64,000 nucleotides of DNA from an uncultured Clostridia bacterium. GTDB taxonomy: Bacteria; Bacillota; Clostridia; Christensenellales; CAG-138. The stretch lies in NCBI GenBank assembly GCA_944366945.1, contig CALVWJ010000002.1, positions 43,912-107,911 of the forward strand, read 5' to 3'. Shown here in pieces: positions 58,581 through 64,000 of the stretch. The position numbers and the translations under genes were made by a program. The notes beneath the pieces were generated by a model. The model saw only the letters and a list, made by a program, of their open reading frames with translations, had not been told where the DNA came from and did no database searches. The first letter of the stretch is position 1, and each line of letters starts with the position of its first letter.

Positions 58581-59768
58581 TTAGAACCGCTCATTCCAGC
58601 TTGGGCAAAGATACTGTTTATCAATATAAGGCGCGCTTTCCAGATTGTATTTGAGCACAACCGATCCGTTCTTCATAATATGGAATTCCCCCTTTTGAAT
58701 GGGGCGCATCTCCCATCTTTGTCGGAAATCCCACCCGTTATGCACAAACCCGACTCCGGGGCGCAGCATGGGCGCCAGAACATTTCGAATCGCATACATA
58801 TCCTGCAGGTTCATCTCCATCAGCCCTTTGGTAAACCGCACAATCGTATTTCCATTTGCAAGGCGCGTTACTTGAAAGCGCCGATCATCCTTTATGGTTT
58901 CCAGCCGGGGTTCCAGTGCCGCATAAAAACGCTGCGGCAAGATGTTGAACCATTCTGCTCCCAGCAAATAATGGCTGTTATACCAATTATAAGGATTCCT
59001 TTCCTTTCCATCCAGCCAGAACGGTTTATAGGAGGGGAGGCTCGAGAACATGGATGCATGGGCAAAGAGATATTGCCCATCATTAGAGTCCAGCATTACA
59101 GCGCCTTTACAGGTGTCATTGATCGATGCCAGCTCCGTTGCAAGTTCCGCAAAAAACGCAATCAACTCCTGCTGCTCGAACGCTGAAACTGCTGTTTCCA
59201 ATTTGAGGGTTATCGAATAGCGGCCTGCCGTAAAGCTGGAAAGATCGCTTGATAAAATCATTCCGGCTTCGGACCAATTCGGCGTAGCGAGAAATTGGGT
59301 TTTTTCAATTGAAACAAGCTGCATGAAGGAATCTGCATCACACGGGCCATTTAATTTTTCTCCAAACATCTCAGCAAGCGTTCGCCTATAATCAGCCGAT
59401 ACATCGGAATATGGATTAGGCCGGCTTCCATGCTGTGGATAGTAAAACTCCCGTAAATCTCCCTTCTTTTTTATCGGGCCGTCCTTGAAAAATATATCCG
59501 CCGTAGCTGATGGATATCTATTCTTTTCCAGGTGCATCATGAATGTTGCCTGTAATTTCTCCGCCTTGAGCCTCCGATCTTCACATTCTAGATCGCAAAC
59601 GCATTTAGACGAAAGCGGTATAAGAAACCGTTCCAATATAATACTAAGTACATCTTCAACTTGATCCATTCCCATATCCGAAAAAGAGAGATCCAACACA
59701 AGATTTCTTCCATCTATTGGTTCAGAACGTATAAGAATACTTTGTTTCATGATATCGGTGATATCCAC
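58581..59768 (-). CDS. 395-aa cytoplasmic protein, no recognisable domain (possible immunity protein)
   Basis: The GTG start lies 7 nt after GAAGGAGGAAG. The long ORF is clean, and it sits immediately downstream of the nuclease cassette. Confidence 0.7.
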   Translation of the reverse strand: MDITDIMKQSILIRSEPIDGRNLVLDLSFSDMGMDQVEDVLSIILERFLIPLSSKCVCDLECEDRRLKAEKLQATFMMHLEKNRYPSATADIFFKDGPIKKKGDLREFYYPQHGSRPNPYSDVSADYRRTLAEMFGEKLNGPCDADSFMQLVSIEKTQFLATPNWSEAGMILSSDLSSFTAGRYSITLKLETAVSAFEQQELIAFFAELATELASINDTCKGAVMLDSNDGQYLFAHASMFSSLPSYKPFWLDGKERNPYNWYNSHYLLGAEWFNILPQRFYAALEPRLETIKDDRRFQVTRLANGNTIVRFTKGLMEMNLQDMYAIRNVLAPMLRPGVGFVHNGWDFRQRWEMRPIQKGEFHIMKNGSVVLKYNLESAPYIDKQYLCPSWNERF

Positions 59769-59804
59769 GCTGCTTCCTCCTTCAATTCGTTTTGCTTCAT
59801 GCCG

Positions 59805-60631
59805 CTATGCAGTGTATGATATCGGTGGCATAAGGCTTCCGGGCGATGTAGAGAAGCCCTTATACTCAATCAGCCCGCCAGTGTAATACACGATTAATGC
59901 TGCACCTACTGCTACCGCAATACCACTACCCACGGATGCGGCCTTTTTCCAATTATAGGTTGGAGTGTATACAACCAAGCCATTCTTTTTACTGCTACTG
60001 CTATATTCTACATCCCATAGCCCATATGAAAAGCTCCCAGAAAGCTTTGCTTGTCCTGGTTTAGGTCTTTTCCCTGTAGATACAACTTTTGAGCTCTCAT
60101 AACGAGCCATCTATCTTTCCGTAGTAGCTCTTTGGGATGCGCCCTTGCTTTTGACTTCATAATACGAATTGTTGCTCAAATCATAGACATCCAAAAACCC
60201 GATTCGCCCATTGTCCGCTTTTACATAGATCGCATCTTTACTGTACTTCCTAATTGTTCTTTTACAATACTGATCTGTACCATCTTATGAATTGCGCTGA
60301 AATCTATTAAGTTTAAAATAGGCGTAATTGGGTTGGTTCCATCGCTGTCATAAAACAGTATCGGATCGTTATTGCAATAAGCAAAACGGTTATTCCCCAG
60401 CACACCCTGCCCAGTGGAAAGATATACATCCGCCGAAAGGAACCGCCCCACCTCCGGATCGTAATACCGCGTCATAAGGTAATACAGCCCGGTTTCTGCG
60501 TCGTAATAGTAGCCCCTGTAGCGGAATGGATTATCTGCTCCCAACGTGCTTGCCAGGGTGCCGCTGGTTGAGATCAACTTGCCCCATGCATCGTATGTAT
60601 ATTTTACCACCTTCGTGCCGCTTCCGTCCAT
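59805..60631 (-). pseudogene. orphan RHS C-terminal cassette encoding a RecB-like PD-(D/E)xK nuclease toxin, disrupted
   Basis: The core-end repeat ends ...[16 protein letters not shown]. After a frame switch at the A3 run (60237-60239) the reading is [52 protein letters not shown]... This gives the D, ExK and (Q)xxxY motifs. The TAG at 60111-60113 is in frame with track ORF 59805..60110. Confidence 0.7.
60396..60631 (-). repeat. RHS core-end repeat, copy B (236 bp)
   Basis: It is near-identical, with only a few mismatches, to 61995-62230. It encodes [21 protein letters not shown]...[24 protein letters not shown]. Confidence 0.9.
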
Positions 60632-60685
60632 TATGGTATTTCAGTTGTTATAGAGGTATGCCCAAAGTAATTCATAAGTGTCCGT

Positions 60686-60716
60686 AAAGGCAGGGGGCCA
60701 AAATCCCCCTGCCTTT
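60686..60716. terminator. GC-rich hairpin separating cassette modules
   Basis: The stem is AAAGGCAGGGGG/CCCCCTGCCTTT, followed by GTTTGA on the plus strand. Confidence 0.5.
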
Positions 60717-60725
60717 GTTTGATCC

Positions 60726-61388
60726 TTAGTTGAGGCACAACTCCCAACCATTTTCATTCAGCTTATATGTAGCAGCAATTTCGCCATCAATGCCAAGCTC
60801 TACTCTAGTTGTATTTGCCGGTAAAACATAAACGCGATCATAATCGGTTTTTCCGTCTAAATTTTCTGCCTCCATTATAACTTTAGGCAGCTCGGCATTT
60901 AAGGTTACAATGCTTTCTCCCACGCTTCCATCCATGCCAAATAGAAACCAATAAGTTTCATCTAGTTGCGGATAGGCAAGACAGGCAGCACATAAAGCTG
61001 TTTTATATTCAAATGCATTTTTAAATGAAAATGAAAACGGTGGAGTGATATACCATTTTCCTTTCTTCTTTAGCAAGATGCTGGGGAAAACATTGTTTGT
61101 TCCTTTACGCGTTATAAGCAACGTTGATGTTTCACAATCAATCATCTGTTCATAGTCTGCTTCTCCAGGGCTTTTTACATATGCATATGCAGCCAAAGGT
61201 GAATCAAAGCCTATTAAGGTGGCTTCCGGAACGATGAAGTTGCACAAAAATATTAGCAATACATATCCTGCTACAAGAATCAACCACGGAGTTTTTCTTT
61301 TACGTAGCCACTTCTGGAACGGCTTACAAGCGAACCATAATCCTGCTATCACAGCAAGCACAGCTATGTTGCGAACAATGCCAAACAT
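60726..61388 (-). CDS. membrane-anchored protein (2 N-terminal TM), putative immunity protein for cassette C
   Basis: The product is 220 aa. The ATG follows GTGGGGGGT and lies 17 nt after the toxin stop. Confidence 0.7.
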   Translation of the reverse strand: MFGIVRNIAVLAVIAGLWFACKPFQKWLRKRKTPWLILVAGYVLLIFLCNFIVPEATLIGFDSPLAAYAYVKSPGEADYEQMIDCETSTLLITRKGTNNVFPSILLKKKGKWYITPPFSFSFKNAFEYKTALCAACLAYPQLDETYWFLFGMDGSVGESIVTLNAELPKVIMEAENLDGKTDYDRVYVLPANTTRVELGIDGEIAATYKLNENGWELCLN

Positions 61389-61405
61389 CAGTACCCCCCA
61401 CTCGT

Positions 61406-62230
61406 TTATTTGATTATAATCCTAGAACCGATTGCTGGTGCGGGGCGTCCAATACCACTCGTGCCATAAACTGTTCCTATGATCACTGCAACAGGAATTA
61501 AGTTAACTCTTACAGAAGCACTCTTGGTATGGCGCTTTTTCTTTTCAGCTTCATGACTTCTTGAACCCGTCAATCCAACAGATAGATTTTTAAGTGAAAC
61601 ATCCAATTCAGCGCTATAGCTTTTTGAGCCAACCCCAACCGAAATGCCACTGCCAACAGACAGACTGTCCGCAGAACTAAATACATAGACGGAAGCTGAT
61701 GTTTCAAATGCGTTAACACTAACACCAAAATCAGAACGCTTTCCATTTGTATTGTTTGAAAAAAGTACAATTTGTGCATCTGTTTTGCCAAAAGGCTCGC
61801 TATGGCTGACCGAATCGCTTACTTCAAAAGAAACAAAAATATAATTATATTCTTTCGTTATCGATTTTTCGACAACAGTTTCACCGCCAACACCGAACAG
61901 ACTGCCAAATAGTTCCCATATGTCTTCCCATGATTGCCCCAATATCTCCACTCTGCGCACTGGATTATTTCCACAATACGCCCACATATTTCCGCCCAGC
62001 ACACCCTGCCCAGTGGAAAGATATACATCCGCCGAAAGGAACCGCCCCACCTCCGGATCGTAATACCGCGTCATAAGGTAATACAGCCCGGTTTCTGCGT
62101 CGTAATAGTAGCCCCTGTAGCGGAAGGGATTGTCTGCTCCCAACGTGCTTGCCAGGCTTCCGCTGGTTGAGATCAACTTGCCCCATGCATCGTATGTATA
62201 TTCTACCACGCGCGTGCCGCTTCCGTCCAT
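61406..62230 (-). CDS. orphan RHS C-terminal cassette with an uncharacterised ~170-aa toxin-like domain
   Basis: It has the core-end repeat, then WAYCGNNPVRRV, then a unique Ser/Gly/Val-rich C-terminus ending in a hydrophobic segment. There is no RBS before its ATG, and a stop lies 4 codons upstream. Confidence 0.7.
   Translation of the reverse strand: MDGSGTRVVEYTYDAWGKLISTSGSLASTLGADNPFRYRGYYYDAETGLYYLMTRYYDPEVGRFLSADVYLSTGQGVLGGNMWAYCGNNPVRRVEILGQSWEDIWELFGSLFGVGGETVVEKSITKEYNYIFVSFEVSDSVSHSEPFGKTDAQIVLFSNNTNGKRSDFGVSVNAFETSASVYVFSSADSLSVGSGISVGVGSKSYSAELDVSLKNLSVGLTGSRSHEAEKKKRHTKSASVRVNLIPVAVIIGTVYGTSGIGRPAPAIGSRIIIK
61995..62230 (-). repeat. RHS core-end repeat, copy C (236 bp)
   Basis: See copy B. 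Its left end additionally matches copy D (CAATACGCCCACATATT). Confidence 0.9.
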
Positions 62231-62277
62231 TGTTGACTGTTAAGGAGAATTCAGAAGTATCTGAAATGTCTAACAAC

Positions 62278-62309
62278 AAAGGCCGGGGAAAAATTCTTCC
62301 CCGGCCTTT
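62278..62309. terminator. GC-rich hairpin separating cassette modules
   Basis: The stem is AAAGGCCGGGG/CCCCGGCCTTT, with T-rich flanks on both strands. Confidence 0.6.
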
Positions 62310-62635
62310 GTTTGAATTGTTAATTTCCTGCCATCTCTCCAGCAATTTAATAGATGTATGCATCCAAATGTGAACGACAATACGCTAAAAATATTTCTTG
62401 AACAGGGCACTACATTAAACGAAACATTATCAGACGCATATCTTAATTCTCAGCGCAATTTTTCTTTATATATAGTCGCCTCCAAAACGTTTTATAAGCA
62501 AGCCACATGCTATTGACAATGTTTCTTCAATGTAAGCAACCAAAGCGTTGCTTGTTTATATTAACTTCCACTGAGTTACAACTCCATTTGCACTGTAATA
62601 CGTAGGTCGCTCTGCTTTATGCGCATAATCATACT

Positions 62636-63439
62636 TTAATCTTCAATATAAAGTTTATTATATAGCATTTTTTGTAGAGTCATATTCTTAGCAATATCTT
62701 TTGGGGTTATACCTCCGCTATCTGGTATGGATGGGTCAGCTCCTTTCGAAGCTAAATACTGTATTTGATTTTGCGCACAACATACACTGGCATAAAACAA
62801 GGCTGTACGCCCCTCCGAATCACACGCGTCAATATCCGCGCCGCAACTCAAAAGAAGATCGCATATAGAAAAATGCTCATATTTGCATGCAATCATAAAG
62901 GGTGTTGTGCCATCAAATATACCACACAAATCAACAACCGCATTTGCTTGAAGCAGCTTTTCTGCGATTATGTGACTGTTCTCCGCCGCGGCAATATAAA
63001 GCGGTGTTTGCCCAGACGATTCCATTTGATTTACACAGCATTTATTCTTTAGCAGCAGAGAACATACGTCACGGTAGTCTTCTTGCGCCGCCCAGTGCAA
63101 ACCATTCCTTCCAGTCTCATCCACACCACTGGGATCTGCTCCCGAAGACAGTAAATAGCATAAGACATCTACTCTGTTTTTGGCGGCAGCGTAGCTTAAC
63201 TCATAACGTTCTTTCTTGAATTTGATTTCATTCTCATACAACCATTTGACCATACTCAAGTCTCCACAAGTACAGGCTTGTTCTAATAACGTATAGTCTG
63301 ACTCTTTTTCTATTGCAAGAAGATCACATCCACTTTTTAATAAATCTTCCATTGCAGAGACCGCCCCCGCAGAAATTATATCCCAAATTTTTTCAATCAA
63401 ACTATTATTTTGTGCGCACACGGATTCCACTACCTCCAT
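62636..63439 (-). CDS. ankyrin-repeat protein, putative immunity protein for the terminal RHS toxin
   Basis: It has repeated ~33-aa units (G.TPL..A...G....V..LL..GAD). Its 5' end overlaps the toxin 3' end. Possible starts are ATG 63439, GTG 63430 and GTG 63421. Confidence 0.8.
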   Translation of the reverse strand: MEVVESVCAQNNSLIEKIWDIISAGAVSAMEDLLKSGCDLLAIEKESDYTLLEQACTCGDLSMVKWLYENEIKFKKERYELSYAAAKNRVDVLCYLLSSGADPSGVDETGRNGLHWAAQEDYRDVCSLLLKNKCCVNQMESSGQTPLYIAAAENSHIIAEKLLQANAVVDLCGIFDGTTPFMIACKYEHFSICDLLLSCGADIDACDSEGRTALFYASVCCAQNQIQYLASKGADPSIPDSGGITPKDIAKNMTLQKMLYNKLYIED

Positions 63440-64000
63440 AGTAATAATGATCATAGGGCCTCGGCATTTTAGGTGTTAATTTGGACGGAAGCTTTATGTT
63501 AGGATGATAATGGGGGCCATGGCTTCCGTTAGGATGATGTATGGGCTCATTGCCCTTTCCAGCTTTCTTAGCTGCTTCTTTAGCCTCTTTTTTTGTTTTA
63601 TACTTTTTTCTCCTACCAATAGGCTTATCGGATCTTTGATTAATATCCGTGTCTTTTGATGCGACCGTAATTCCACTTCCCCTGGATACAACGCCAGTAT
63701 GGGTTGGCATAGGTATTACGGTTGAAATGCTTTCGGCCACAATGGCAGCACCATCTGTAACGGCTGAGACTACAACTGCTGGAAGAGACTCAGTTCCATT
63801 GATCAAGACATCCACCAAGGCAACCACGAGCAGTGTACCCACTAAAATTTCGGCTACTGTAAAAGTTATACCTAAAACACAAACCGTTACACTAGTTCCA
63901 CTGGTATCCGCAAAAATAATGGGATTATTAAGGCAATACGCCCACATATTGCCGCCCAGCACACCCTGCCCAGTGGAAAGATATACATCCGCTGAAAGGA
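63405..64000 (-). CDS. RHS/YD-repeat family toxin, C-terminal end (5' part beyond the window)
   Basis: The frame is open to the window edge. It reads ...[34 protein letters not shown], then a hydrophobic stretch, a Lys-rich linker, and the His-rich tail HHPNGSHGPHYHPN...YDHYYY. Confidence 0.85.
   Translation of the reverse strand, partial: LSADVYLSTGQGVLGGNMWAYCLNNPIIFADTSGTSVTVCVLGITFTVAEILVGTLLVVALVDVLINGTESLPAVVVSAVTDGAAIVAESISTVIPMPTHTGVVSRGSGITVASKDTDINQRSDKPIGRRKKYKTKKEAKEAAKKAGKGNEPIHHPNGSHGPHYHPNIKLPSKLTPKMPRPYDHYYYGGSGIRVRTK
63934..64000 (-). repeat. RHS core-end repeat, copy D (within the parent gene; truncated by the window)
   Basis: It matches 61974-62040 with 2 mismatches by eye. 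Confidence 0.85.

Noticed and set aside
60396-64000. Whether the regularly spaced repeats could be a CRISPR-like array.
   Set aside because: The repeats are ~236 bp, protein-coding and in frame with RHS core sequence. The 'spacers' are 1.4-1.7-kb gene pairs. This is a toxin cassette array, not CRISPR.
1-64000. Genome-wide TAG reassignment or pyrrolysine as the explanation for the in-frame TAGs.
   Set aside because: TAG ends the BlaR1-like (2740), ROK (10531), VanX (40646) and beta-lactamase-like (49892) genes at lengths normal for their families. No pyl genes or suppressor tRNA are visible in the window. It is kept only as a low-probability check under the TAG finding.

Overview
The window is a 64-kb chromosomal segment of a Firmicutes/Clostridia-type genome. 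Supporting this are a SCIFF peptide with its radical-SAM maturase, T-box leaders, and the gene order recJ-apt-relA-dtd ... hisS-aspS. Almost every gene is on the minus strand.

- **1-43.9 kb, conserved core:** This part holds pcrA (partial), a BlaI/BlaR1-type pair, pheST with a Phe T-box, and a GlcN-6-P deaminase/PIG-L deacetylase/ROK cluster beside an Opp-type transporter that has no ATPase genes. It also holds proS, an XRE-AbrB regulator with an ABC-2 exporter, trxA, hisS-aspS behind a T-box, hemZ-like, dtd, relA, apt, recJ, scfB/scfA, a VanX-type dipeptidase, and a zinc-ribbon gene preceded by a roughly 250-nt structured leader.
- **44.3-53.1 kb, AT-richer island:** It carries a complete Opp-type peptide transporter, a class-A beta-lactamase-like serine hydrolase, an M55 D-aminopeptidase and a divergent AraC regulator.
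- **53.3-56.3 kb, four-gene stretch:** Three of the four genes are disrupted, by two homopolymer frameshifts and two in-frame TAG codons.
- **56.4-64.0 kb, most unusual part:** This AT-rich region holds an array of RHS/YD-repeat toxin C-terminal cassettes. Each cassette starts with the same ~236-bp core-end repeat and is followed by an immunity-like gene. The parent RHS gene runs off the right edge of the window.

I found no rRNA, tRNA, CRISPR array or intact transposase. All product calls rest on motifs I recognised by eye in the translations; no searches were run.
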